A stretch of DNA of 49,179 bases from Tolypothrix carrinoi HA7290-LM1. Lineage in GTDB: Bacteria; Cyanobacteriota; Cyanobacteriia; Cyanobacteriales; Nostocaceae. The position numbers were made by a program, and so were the translations under genes. Shown piece after piece: positions 39,944 to 49,179 of the stretch; position 1 is the first letter of the stretch; each line of letters starts with the position of its first letter. The DNA lies in contig JAHHIK010000064.1 in NCBI GenBank assembly GCA_019358935.1, positions 1 to 49,179 on the forward strand, read 5' to 3'. The notes under the pieces are model-generated. The model was not told the origin of the DNA. It worked only from the letters and a program-made list of their open reading frames with translations, and made no database searches.

Positions 39944-41368
39944 GTGATGCCAATCACACTGAAATCAAAACTTCTATCGGAAGTTAAAGCTTGCTTAGAA
40001 CTGGCTATTCCTTTAGCGGCTGCACAAGCAATGGAAGCTGCCGTCAGCTTGGTGAATACAGTAATGATGGGCATCTTGGGTTCTCAAGCATTAGCAACGG
40101 GAGCCTTGGGTGGAATTACCTTTTTGAGTATACTTATCATCTGTGGTGGCATAATCGATCCAGTTGGGGCTATGGTAGCCCAAGCTTTTGCTAGAGGTAA
40201 AACAGATGAAGTCAGCCATCTGACTTTTCAAGGACTCTGGCTTACTGCTGGAATGTCCATACCAATTATGCTGCTGATTTGGTATTTTAGCTCTATCTTA
40301 CAGCTATTTGGTCAAGAGGAAAGCCTGATCCTATCAGTTCAAACTTATTTACGAGTAATTGTTTGGGGTTTTCCTGCCGCTCTTGGCTTTCATCTTCTCA
40401 GAGGAGTAGCATCAGCACTAAATCGCCCTCAAATATTAATGGTAATTTTAGCTACTGAGGTAGTTTTGCAGGGGCTGGTAAATTACGTGCTGATGTTTGG
40501 TAAATTCGGCTTACCTGCTCTTGGGATAGTTGGTATTGGCTGCGCCAGTAGCCTCGTTGCTTGGGTAAGTTTCATCACAGCCGTGGTTTTTCTCAAGTTC
40601 CACAAAAACTTTAGAGATGAGAAAATTTTTGATACTTTCCATCAGTTTGACAAGGCTTTGTGTTTAAAAATATTCCAAGTTGGATGGCCTGTTGGCTTGC
40701 AGTGGGGAGCTACAATTGGTATGTTTGCAGTCACATCTTTGCTAATGGGGTATTTAGGAACAGAGATGTTAGCTGCCCATGAAATCGCCTTCCAGACAGA
40801 AGAGTTTTTGATTATGATTCCTATGGGAATTGCATTGGCAACGACTGCGAGAGTTGGAAACGCTATTGGACAAAAGGACAATAAAGGTGCAAAACGAGCC
40901 GCATTAGTTAGTATTGCCCTTGGTGCAAGCTTAATGAGCATCGTAGCACTGTTGATATGGTTTTTCCCCGGTTACATTGTGGCAATGTATTTAGATCCCC
41001 ATATTCATAATAATGAGGAAGTGGTAAAGGCGGCAATTCTGCTGTTAAAAGTGGCTGCCTTGTTTCAAATTTCTAACGGGATTCAAATAATTACCACTGG
41101 TGCTTTGCTTGGTTTGCAAGATACCTACACTTCCATGTTGATCACCTTATCAGCTTACTGGTTTGTTGGTTTGGGTAGTGGCTATTTTATGGGATTTACT
41201 CTAGGTTGGGGAGGTATGGGTTTATGGTTGGGTTTAGCAGCTGGGTTAACAGTCGCAGCCGTTGTGTTAATGTGGCATTTTTATCGTTTGATTTCTCAGG
41301 CGATATCTATTAGCGAAGCTGAGGAAGCGCAAAATCCAGACCAAACTCAACAAGTATTGATTAGTTGA
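39944..41368 (+). CDS. MATE-family efflux transporter
   Basis: LAIPLAAAQ, NYVLMFGKFGLPALG, LAAHEIA, RVGNAIG; about 12 TM helices. Confidence 0.92.
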   Translation: MMPITLKSKLLSEVKACLELAIPLAAAQAMEAAVSLVNTVMMGILGSQALATGALGGITFLSILIICGGIIDPVGAMVAQAFARGKTDEVSHLTFQGLWLTAGMSIPIMLLIWYFSSILQLFGQEESLILSVQTYLRVIVWGFPAALGFHLLRGVASALNRPQILMVILATEVVLQGLVNYVLMFGKFGLPALGIVGIGCASSLVAWVSFITAVVFLKFHKNFRDEKIFDTFHQFDKALCLKIFQVGWPVGLQWGATIGMFAVTSLLMGYLGTEMLAAHEIAFQTEEFLIMIPMGIALATTARVGNAIGQKDNKGAKRAALVSIALGASLMSIVALLIWFFPGYIVAMYLDPHIHNNEEVVKAAILLLKVAALFQISNGIQIITTGALLGLQDTYTSMLITLSAYWFVGLGSGYFMGFTLGWGGMGLWLGLAAGLTVAAVVLMWHFYRLISQAISISEAEEAQNPDQTQQVLIS

Positions 41369-41544
41369 GAAACTTTAATCCCAGAGCTTTATATATTTAG
41401 ATATGAGGAAGGAAGATGTGTAAGTTTTGTGTTACACATATTTGATTGCTGTTTGTAAAAAGTAATACTTTTGCTTTTGATGCTGACGTTAAGCTCATCC
41501 CCCGGAGTCGCGCACTCTTGATTTCGCGGGCATTGGGAATTGGG

Positions 41545-41589
41545 GAGGCAGTGCGTTGCGCGGGTTCCCCGCGTTGTAGCACCTGCCGT
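41545..41589 (+). mobile_element. 45-bp structured mini-element inserted in a GGGCATT heptamer run
   Basis: GAGGCAGTGCGTTGCGCGGGTTCCCCGCGTTGTAGCACCTGCCGT between GGG and CATT. Confidence 0.85.
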
Positions 41590-41910
41590 CATTGGGCATT
41601 GCTTTTCGCTCCTCCTTGCCCCTTGCCCTATGCCCAAGACGGCGGACGGCGATTCCTCCCACCCCAGCCGTGGGATGGGCAACCGAAGCCGTCTTTGGTG
41701 ATGAAAGATTGGTGATTGTAAACTATTGCTCCTATAAATTGCATCATTCTAGTTTGTACGTAAAACCTGTAAACCCTTCCCCCTGCCTGGCTCAATGTGC
41801 AACTTAAAGGCACATTAGCTTAAAGTTGGCAGGTGCGAATAAACAGTAATTTTTTGATGCAAGACAGCCAAATTGGTGTATTGTAAAATCGAAATCTTGT
41901 TTGTGTAGTT

Positions 41911-43611
41911 ATGATAGTAGTAGGAATAAACTCGGTATACCACGAATCAGCTGCGTCTATTGTGGTTGATGGCAAAATCCTGGCTGCGGCAGAAGAAGAA
42001 AGATTTAATCGCTACAAACATGGCAAGCCTGCTCGCGCTGATAATCCCCATATATTACCAGTACAGTCTCTGGAATTTTGCTTAAAAACTGCCAATATAA
42101 AGCCAGAAGATATTGACTTAATTGCTTATTCTTTTGACCCGAAAATATTTGATAAATACGCCCATATTAAGCCAACACTTGTTAGTGAAGGAGGATTAGG
42201 AAGCGTTGAAGGAGACGCAAAATTCCGAAATTGCCTAGATAAAGTCAAAACCGCTCTGGGAGAAGTCCTTGGTGCAGAAGCGGCAGAAAAATTGGTGTGG
42301 ATTTCCCATCACATAGCTCATGCGGCCTCGGCTTTTTTCCCTTCTGGCTATCAAGAGTCTGCGATATTAGTAATCGATGGGATTGCAGAAAAAGCTAGTT
42401 CTATATTAGCTTTTGATGATGGTCATGGTATCAAGGTCAAAAAGGAAATTTTATATCCCCATTCATTAGGTTTTTTGTGGGAACAGATTGCTGTACATTT
42501 AGGTTTTTCGGAATATGATGCAGCCAAATTGATGGGTCTGGCTGCTTATGGTCGTCCTGAAATGATGGACAAAGCATTATCTCAATTTGCCCAGGTGACA
42601 GATACAGGCTTTAACATTGAAGAAACAATCTTCGATTGGGATGATATTAGTACTCAGCTAGAATTATTCCTGGGTAAACACAGAAAAGAGAGTGATCCGA
42701 TAGAAGATCGTCATGCGGATATTACTAGATCCTTACAAGAATTTACAAACTCAGCTGTAATGGTTCTTTGTCAAGAGCTTTACGCGCTCTACCCATCGGA
42801 AAATTTGTGTTTAGCTGGGGGAGTAGCTCTAAACTGTGTTACTAATTGGCTGATTAAAGAAAAAAGCCCGTTTAAAAACGTTTTCATTCCTCCAGCCGCT
42901 CACGATGCAGGAACAGCAGTTGGTGCTGCACTACAGGTTTATCACACCCATCTCAATCATACGGTTTCTCGTACCGCACAACTGAATCCCTATTTAGGAC
43001 CAGAGTTTAGCGAAGCAGAAATTCTTGCAGCTATTGAAGAAGCAGGTTTAACAGCTATACGCTCTGCGGATACTCCTATCCTAGCTGCTGATGCTATTGC
43101 AGAAGGCAAAGTTGTTGGTTGGTTCCAAAATCGTATGGAATTTGGACCTCGCGCTCTGGGAAATCGTTCTTTATTGGCAGATCCGCGTCATACTACTACG
43201 CGAGAATTGCTGAATCGTAAGGTAAAACACCGAGAAGATTTTCGACCTTTTGCTCCGAGTATTTTAGCGGAAAAGGCATCGGAATGGTTTGAAATCGGTC
43301 GCTGGTCTGAAAGTTTCAAATATATGCTATTCACTTGCCCAGTAAGAGCTGAAAAACGAGAAAAAATTCCAGCAGTAATTCACGTTGATGGAACTGCAAG
43401 GGTACAAGTAGTAGATAGAGAACTCAATCCTAATTATTATCAACTGATTGAAAGATTTGAGGATATCACAGGTATTCCTGTAGTTCTGAACACTTCATTC
43501 AATGACAGCGAACCAATAGTCTGTTCAGTAAAAGATGCTATTTCCACCTTTAAAGGCACTGCAATTGATGTATTGGTAATACAAGATTTTTTTATAGAAC
43601 GTAAAATTTGA
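41911..43611 (+). CDS. O-carbamoyltransferase (CmcH/NodU/TobZ family)
   Basis: HESAA..EEERFNR, HHIAHAASAF, GGVALNC, EFGPRALGNRS, HVDGTAR, LNTSFN. Confidence 0.93.
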   Translation: MIVVGINSVYHESAASIVVDGKILAAAEEERFNRYKHGKPARADNPHILPVQSLEFCLKTANIKPEDIDLIAYSFDPKIFDKYAHIKPTLVSEGGLGSVEGDAKFRNCLDKVKTALGEVLGAEAAEKLVWISHHIAHAASAFFPSGYQESAILVIDGIAEKASSILAFDDGHGIKVKKEILYPHSLGFLWEQIAVHLGFSEYDAAKLMGLAAYGRPEMMDKALSQFAQVTDTGFNIEETIFDWDDISTQLELFLGKHRKESDPIEDRHADITRSLQEFTNSAVMVLCQELYALYPSENLCLAGGVALNCVTNWLIKEKSPFKNVFIPPAAHDAGTAVGAALQVYHTHLNHTVSRTAQLNPYLGPEFSEAEILAAIEEAGLTAIRSADTPILAADAIAEGKVVGWFQNRMEFGPRALGNRSLLADPRHTTTRELLNRKVKHREDFRPFAPSILAEKASEWFEIGRWSESFKYMLFTCPVRAEKREKIPAVIHVDGTARVQVVDRELNPNYYQLIERFEDITGIPVVLNTSFNDSEPIVCSVKDAISTFKGTAIDVLVIQDFFIERKI

Positions 43612-43846
43612 AGCACATCCTACTTCCGCAGCCCACTACAATTATAACGATTCCATTTTTGACCTGACTGGGAGTATCCCAACCCACATTCCGCACCCTG
43701 ATATGTCAAATGAGACTGCCAAGAAAAAAAATGCGGTATTACCAATTTAATTAAATCAACCTAACAATGAAGGCAAAATTGCCAAAAAGCTGTTAGTTAA
43801 TAACTAGTGACTTTTTGCCAAACATGATTTTAATTGCAGACCAATT

Positions 43847-45424
43847 GTGATGAATACAGCTAATTTTCCGTGGTTGACGACGATTATTTTGTTGCCAATA
43901 GCGGCTTCACTACTGATACCCGTAATCCCAGATAAAGACGGCAAAACAGTGCGCTGGTATGCCCTGATTGTCGGATTGATTGATTTTGCGCTAATTGTTT
44001 GGGCTTTTTATACTCAGTACGACTTCTCCAATCCGAATTTGCAGTTGGTGGAGAGTTACCCGTGGGTACCGCAACTCGATTTGAATTGGTCAGTAGGGGC
44101 AGATGGTTTAGCAATGCCCCTAATTATTTTGACTGGATTCATAACTACCCTGGCGATTTTAGCAGCTTGGCCCGTGACGCTCAAGCCCAGGCTATTTTAC
44201 TTTCTGATTCTGGCGATGTATGGCGGTCAGATTGCCGTGTTTGCCGTTCAGGATATGTTGCTATTTTTCCTGGTGTGGGAACTGGAACTGGTACCGATTT
44301 ACTTTTTGCTGTCGATTTGGGGAGGTAAAAAGCGGCAATACGCAGCGACCAAATTTATTTTATACACTGCTGGTGGGTCGCTGTTTATTTTGTTAGCTGC
44401 CCTGACAATGGGATTTTACGGCGATACGGTGACGTTTGATATGCGATCGCTTGCTCTAAAAGATTACGCCCTAAATTTCCAACTTTTACTTTATGGTGGC
44501 TTTTTGATTGCCTACGCTGTCAAATTGCCAATCATTCCCTTGCACACCTGGCTACCAGATGCCCACGGTGAAGCCACAGCCCCCGTACACATGTTACTGG
44601 CAGGTATTTTGCTGAAAATGGGCGGTTACGCCTTAATTCGCATGAATGCCCAAATGCTACCCGATGCCCACGCTTATTTTGCACCTGCGTTAGTGGTTTT
44701 GGGGGTAGTTAACATCATCTACGCTGCCTTAACATCCTTTGCCCAGCGCAACCTAAAGCGGAAAATTGCCTACTCTTCAATTTCTCACATGGGCTTTGTC
44801 ACCATTGGTATTGCCTCCTTCACCGATTTAGGATTGAGTGGGGCAATGTTGCAAATGGTTTCGCACGGCTTAATTGGGGCAAGTTTGTTCTTCTTGGTAG
44901 GGGCAACTTATGACCGTACCCACACCCTGATGTTAGATGAAATGGGTGGTGTCGGCATGAGGATGAAGAAGATTTTCGCCATGTTTACCACTTGTTCGAT
45001 GGCATCTTTAGCATTACCAGGAATGAGCGGTTTCGTGGCAGAAATAATGGTATTTGTAGGCTTTGCTACCAGCGATGCCTATAGTTCTACCTTTAAAGTT
45101 ATCGTGGTCTTCTTGATGGCAGTTGGAGTGATTTTAACTCCGATTTATCTGCTATCGATGCTGCGAGAAATTTTCTACGGGGAAGAAAACGAAGAATTAG
45201 TTTCTCACCAAGCTTTGATAGATGCCGAACCTCGCGAAGTGTTTATCATCGCTTGTTTGTTAATACCAATTATTGGGATTGGTTTGTATCCTAAGTTACT
45301 GACTCAGGTGTATGATTCCACAACAGTGCAGTTAACAGCAAGGTTGCGCGATTCCGTACCGACATTAGTACAGCGTAAAGAAGCACCAACGGTGTCTTTG
45401 AGTGCGCCGGCAATTGGTAATTGA
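43847..45424 (+). CDS. ndhD1: NAD(P)H-quinone oxidoreductase subunit 4 (NdhD1)
   Basis: [40 protein letters not shown]. Confidence 0.93.
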   Translation: MMNTANFPWLTTIILLPIAASLLIPVIPDKDGKTVRWYALIVGLIDFALIVWAFYTQYDFSNPNLQLVESYPWVPQLDLNWSVGADGLAMPLIILTGFITTLAILAAWPVTLKPRLFYFLILAMYGGQIAVFAVQDMLLFFLVWELELVPIYFLLSIWGGKKRQYAATKFILYTAGGSLFILLAALTMGFYGDTVTFDMRSLALKDYALNFQLLLYGGFLIAYAVKLPIIPLHTWLPDAHGEATAPVHMLLAGILLKMGGYALIRMNAQMLPDAHAYFAPALVVLGVVNIIYAALTSFAQRNLKRKIAYSSISHMGFVTIGIASFTDLGLSGAMLQMVSHGLIGASLFFLVGATYDRTHTLMLDEMGGVGMRMKKIFAMFTTCSMASLALPGMSGFVAEIMVFVGFATSDAYSSTFKVIVVFLMAVGVILTPIYLLSMLREIFYGEENEELVSHQALIDAEPREVFIIACLLIPIIGIGLYPKLLTQVYDSTTVQLTARLRDSVPTLVQRKEAPTVSLSAPAIGN

Positions 45425-45459
45425 GTTGCGATCGCTAGTTTAGTTTAAATACTGCTTTG

Positions 45460-45487
45460 AGGGTAGGTTTTAAACCTGCCCTTTTTT
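45460..45487 (+). terminator. Intrinsic terminator of ndhD1
   Basis: AGGGTAGGTTT-T-AAACCTGCCCT plus TTTTT. Confidence 0.75.
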
Positions 45488-45507
45488 GTTGAAGATAATA
45501 ATCTAGC

Positions 45508-45712
45508 GATCCTATTTGCAAAGTGAAAATCGCAAAGCTCAGAACCCCGGTTTCTTGGAGAAACCGGGGTTCTTGTTGTTCACGAATGATTTAGCTAGCG
45601 TAGGGTGCGTTACGGACATTTGTCCGTAACGCACCATCTGAGAATTAGATTGCGGTGCGTTACTTCGTAAACGCACCCTAAGCTATAGGTAGTTTTCTAG
45701 CGGGAGGGAGTA
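45508..45712. repeat. Stack of palindromic elements (MITE fragment, REP doublet, solo MITE end)
   Basis: Palindrome 45541-45573; GTAGGGTGCGTTAC REPs at 45600-45635 and 45654-45680; TIR-like AGCGGGAGGGAGTA 45699-45712. Confidence 0.7.
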
Positions 45713-45730
45713 ATTTGCTTAAACTACTTA

Positions 45731-46339
45731 TTAATTATCATTATTATCAACAAAACTTCTTAAAATTCCTAAAATTTTTCTGACATCATTTATAAAATAT
45801 TCATTTAAATCAATCTCTATTATTTGTCCAGACAAACGCATAAATTTCCAGTTAGTACCTGTGGTGACACTACCGTAAATTGTTTTAATTTCATTTTCTT
45901 TTTGCTGGTTAAATAATTGTGCAGCTACCATTTCCGCTATACACTGTCCCAAACCAGATTGAATATTATCATTTTTCGCTTCTACCAAAGCAATGACTGG
46001 TGCTTTAATAATTATTTGCTCGGAAGACTTACTAATAAGAAAGTCACAAAAACCAGTTAACCCTTTTTCTGGACTTACGTTAAATTCTCGACCGGAAAAC
46101 AAACTAATTTTATTTTGTAATAGCTCTTTTAGTTCTACTAGAATTGGTGTCAAAATTAATTCAGAACGAGATTTTTCAGTTCCAATAGCTAATGCTAATG
46201 GTACATACTTTTTGAGTGTTTGTGCCAAAAAATCGCTGTATTCTACTGGGGGTGTGTCCGCAAAAATTCCCACAGTTTCTACAATGGTAATTCCCAAGGT
46301 TGTCTCAACAGTGTCTATACTGAATTGACTGTATGACAT
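45731..46339 (-). CDS. Conserved cyanobacterial protein with restriction-endonuclease-like fold
   Basis: EKSRSE..GFCDFL..VEAK..GLGQCIAEM..TTGTNWKF PD-(D/E)XK-like pattern. Confidence 0.65.
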   Translation of the reverse strand: MSYSQFSIDTVETTLGITIVETVGIFADTPPVEYSDFLAQTLKKYVPLALAIGTEKSRSELILTPILVELKELLQNKISLFSGREFNVSPEKGLTGFCDFLISKSSEQIIIKAPVIALVEAKNDNIQSGLGQCIAEMVAAQLFNQQKENEIKTIYGSVTTGTNWKFMRLSGQIIEIDLNEYFINDVRKILGILRSFVDNNDN

Positions 46340-46496
46340 TTGACAAAGTTTTGATAAAATTTAATTCTTCTGCTATTAAACTTGATTTTATCTAAAATCT
46401 CAGCATTTCTTTGGCAACCCAGGCAAAACACAAAGCTTCTACTCGGTGAATCAATTTTCTACAATCTATTTAAAATCAGCTTTGGCACAACCGCTC

Positions 46497-47219
46497 ATGT
46501 TAGACTACAACCCATTGCACTGTTTGCCTTCTTCCGAAGAGCTACCCGACTCAGACGATACACCTGTGGATAATGAACTACAAGATTTGATTCCCGGCTT
46601 GCTAAAAGCGATACTGGCTTTGCTATGGTCAGAGCGCTGGGATTGGTTCTTTGGCGTTGATATGGGTGTTTATTATGACCCAGATAAACCAGCGATCGTC
46701 CCCGATGGATTTCTGAGTTTAGGAGTTAAGCGCATTTTAGATGAAGGCTTGCGCCTAAGTTATGTACTGTGGGAAGAAAAGAAGCTGCCAATTTTGATAC
46801 TAGAGGTTGTGTCTCAAACCCATCGGGGAGAATACAGCACTAAGAAAGAATTCTATGCCAAAGAATTAGGGATTTTGTACTACGTTATCTATAATCCCCG
46901 TCGTCGCAAAAAGCCACCTTTGGAAGTGTATCGCTTAGTGAATGGCGAATATGAGTTACAGCCAGGAAATCCTATTTGGCTACCGGAGATTAATTTAGGA
47001 ATTGGACGAGAACGGGGAATTTATCAAGGTATAGCGCGGGAGTGGTTGTACTGGTATGACGAACAAGGGCAAAGGTTGCTGACACCAGAAGAACAAATTA
47101 CAGAAGCGGAAGAACGCGCAAATTATGAAGAACAGCGACGTGTGCAAGCAGAACAACGGGCACAAATGCTGGCAGAAAGGTTAAAAGCGTTAGGTGTAGA
47201 TCCGGAAACGCTGACTTAA
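46497..47219 (+). CDS. Uma2-family endonuclease-like protein
   Basis: LPDSDDTPVDNE, VPDGF, LEVVS, YYVIYNP; coiled-coil tail LAERLKALGVDP. Confidence 0.85.
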   Translation: MLDYNPLHCLPSSEELPDSDDTPVDNELQDLIPGLLKAILALLWSERWDWFFGVDMGVYYDPDKPAIVPDGFLSLGVKRILDEGLRLSYVLWEEKKLPILILEVVSQTHRGEYSTKKEFYAKELGILYYVIYNPRRRKKPPLEVYRLVNGEYELQPGNPIWLPEINLGIGRERGIYQGIAREWLYWYDEQGQRLLTPEEQITEAEERANYEEQRRVQAEQRAQMLAERLKALGVDPETLT

Positions 47220-47446
47220 GATCCCGCAGGCTAGAAGCCGCTGGCTCTACGAACCAAGCCCACCTGCGTGGGCTAAACAGATAAGAGATTTAGTTATTTT
47301 CTTCATCGAAGTTTTACATTTTTGCTGCTGAATAAGTTGTGATTAGTTGGTTAATCAGGGAACTCTATGTATAAGGCTACTCATCGGTAGTCGAGAAAAT
47401 CTTTAGAAGTCTGTTTTTAACCGCTAATCATAATCAGGAGTATTTC

Positions 47447-48418
47447 ATGATTCCACTTATCTTGGGTGCTGCGGCTTTGGCTACTGCCGCTGTCGGAGCA
47501 AAAAAAGGCTCTGAGGGTATAGGCAACATGAATCAGGCAAAGGAAATTGGCGATCGCGCTCAACAACGATATGAGACAGCTGTGAATCAGTTGAAAGCGG
47601 ACTGGGAAGCTGTCAACAAGTCAGCAGAAGTGTATGGTCAAATCCAGCTTCGTGTTAAGCAGAATACAATTACGCGGTTTGTAGCTTTTATTGAGCGAAT
47701 TGGTCAGCGGGCTTCCCAAAGTGATATGAGCTTTTTAGCCGGACTAGATATTACAACTCAGCAAATTAAGGAGTACAAAACTGCGGCTGTAGAAGCCCAG
47801 GAGTGGGTTAAGGGTGGTGTGTCAGCAGCTATTGCAGGAGCAGCAGCTGGTTCTGGTGCAGTTACTCTTGCGAGGTCTGTAGGTACAGCCACTGTTACAA
47901 AATTCTTTGGATTGTGGGCTACTGAAGTAGGTATCTCACAAGTTGGTGGTGCTGCTGCTTGGAATGCAACCGTAGCTTGGTTGGGTGGTAGCAGTATGGC
48001 AGTCGGTGGTGCTGTGCTGGGAGGTGTTACACTCGGTCCTGCCTTGATGGTTGGCGGCTTCCAGCTTGCTGGTAAGGGTGAAGAGGCTTTGACTAAAGCA
48101 CGGGAGTACGAAGCTAAGGTAAACATAGAGATTGCCAACATTGAAGCAGCTAAAGATTTTTTACAACAGGTTAAACGGGCGATTATTGAGCTTGCTCAAT
48201 TGGTGTGTAATTTAAACACTCGCGCTGATGTGGCACTCAAGGAGCTTGAATCACGATCCTTTGATCGCGATCGCGATGCTAGCAAGTTTCAAGAAGTAGC
48301 ACTTCTGGTGAAAGCACTTGCAGAAATCATGAAAACTCCTGTTTTAGACACTGAAGGGCAACTGAATCCTGTTACTGCGACTATCCAAGCCAAATATCGT
48401 ACTCTGGGAGGCAATTAA
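47447..48418 (+). CDS. Hypothetical coiled-coil protein with central glycine-zipper hydrophobic segment
   Basis: 323-aa ORF with AGGAG RBS; Gly/Ala-rich segment at about aa 120-205 flanked by helices. Confidence 0.75.
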   Translation: MIPLILGAAALATAAVGAKKGSEGIGNMNQAKEIGDRAQQRYETAVNQLKADWEAVNKSAEVYGQIQLRVKQNTITRFVAFIERIGQRASQSDMSFLAGLDITTQQIKEYKTAAVEAQEWVKGGVSAAIAGAAAGSGAVTLARSVGTATVTKFFGLWATEVGISQVGGAAAWNATVAWLGGSSMAVGGAVLGGVTLGPALMVGGFQLAGKGEEALTKAREYEAKVNIEIANIEAAKDFLQQVKRAIIELAQLVCNLNTRADVALKELESRSFDRDRDASKFQEVALLVKALAEIMKTPVLDTEGQLNPVTATIQAKYRTLGGN

Positions 48419-48420
48419 AA

Positions 48421-48825
48421 ATGTCTGTAAAGAAAGTTGCTACAGTAGTCAAAGAATTTACCAATCCTGCTGAATGCCTACAGCAAATGGTTTCGGCTTA
48501 CACTGATTACCTCAAAATTGCCGAACAAGAAAAGACAAAGCGACGCGAAATTGATGCTAGGGAAAAAGAAGTGATCGCCAAAATAAACGCCCAACGAGAC
48601 TTACTCATGGCGTATCTCGATCGCTATGCTGATGAACGTGCAGAAAACTTTCGTGCTTTATTTAAAGTAGTTGATAGTGCGATCGCATCCAACAACAATG
48701 AGCAACTAGCCCTAACATTAAATTCAATCACAGAAATAGCCAAATCAAGCCCATTTAAAGAGCTTGCAAATCTAACCTCTGTCCGCGCTGCCCTAGACGA
48801 CCCAGACCACGAATGGACATTTTGA
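48421..48825 (+). CDS. Hypothetical alpha-helical protein coupled to the upstream gene
   Basis: 134 aa; starts 2 nt after the upstream stop; GGAGG upstream. Confidence 0.75.
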   Translation: MSVKKVATVVKEFTNPAECLQQMVSAYTDYLKIAEQEKTKRREIDAREKEVIAKINAQRDLLMAYLDRYADERAENFRALFKVVDSAIASNNNEQLALTLNSITEIAKSSPFKELANLTSVRAALDDPDHEWTF

Positions 48826-48874
48826 TTTTATAACAAGCATCTTATAGTTCCTAATTCCATAGAAAAATATAGAA

Positions 48875-49179
48875 TTAGTTTGCAAGTGTGACCTTGGTTG
48901 GATGAACTACTACACCCTTTATCCCATTGCAAAATGCGTTTGGGACTACTTTTCGCATGATGTTGTAACTGCCATTGATATCTGAGTTGAATTTGATACC
49001 ACATGAGGACTTGTACAACCCACGCTTGATCCGCTTACCGCTGAACTTGACAATATCAGCTTCAGTCGTTCCATAAACAGGTATCGCATCTGAGTCCAAG
49101 AAACTAGCAACCGAGGTGTACGACTCTTCTTTTTGGATAACTTTAACGCCAACTAATTGCGCTTTGTAGGTTAACATCT
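48875..49179 (-). mobile_element. tnpB: 3' end of an IS200/IS605-family TnpB gene (runs off the window)
   Basis: MLTYKA..EESYTS..FSGKRIKRGLY..NSDINGSYNIMRK RuvC C-terminal motifs. Confidence 0.85.

Noticed and set aside
41389..41813. Five short overlapping ORFs in the MATE-carbamoyltransferase spacer
   Set aside because: They derive from STRR and the 45-bp element; no recognisable domains
39944..43611. Saxitoxin gene cluster
   Set aside because: Only family-level resemblance to sxtI and sxtM; no sxtA, sxtG, sxtB or other core genes in the window
3413..48141. Numerous 60-160 aa ORFs antisense to or overlapping long genes
   Set aside because: Shadow ORFs of well-supported CDSs or repeat tracts, with no independent evidence

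Overview
This is a 49 kb chromosomal window from a heterocyst-forming cyanobacterium (Nostocales), judged from abundant HIP1 GCGATCGC sites, STRR heptamer repeats, devH and Yfr2. Core genes: transglutaminase-like protein, hybrid histidine kinase, PGM/PMM, polA, Cof HAD hydrolase, devH, Ser/Thr kinase plus solute-binding protein, ycf30/rbcR, Z-ISO/NnrU, trxC, ndhF1 and ndhD1. Five kinds of accessory material are interleaved. (1) A 6.5-14.1 kb defence-like stretch holds HicAB, YefM with a broken YoeB, VapBC, and a caspase-nSTAND-14xWD40 NLR-like gene with a divergent partner; its modules are delimited by a recurring 26-bp motif and 21-bp tandem arrays. (2) A 6-kb Ser/Thr kinase-AAA-GAF-PAS-His kinase gene is broken by one deletion and invaded by at least nine tiny structured elements. 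(3) A HIP1-free SET + MATE + carbamoyltransferase island sits between ndhF1 and ndhD1. (4) A glycine-zipper/coiled-coil two-gene operon. (5) A TnpB 3' end at the window edge. The most striking signal is a family of 45-bp (one 48-bp) hairpin elements with covarying stems. They insert without target duplication, nest inside each other at the same position (after nt 16), and host a 24-bp element at a second fixed position. All product calls come from motif recognition by eye; no database searches were run.
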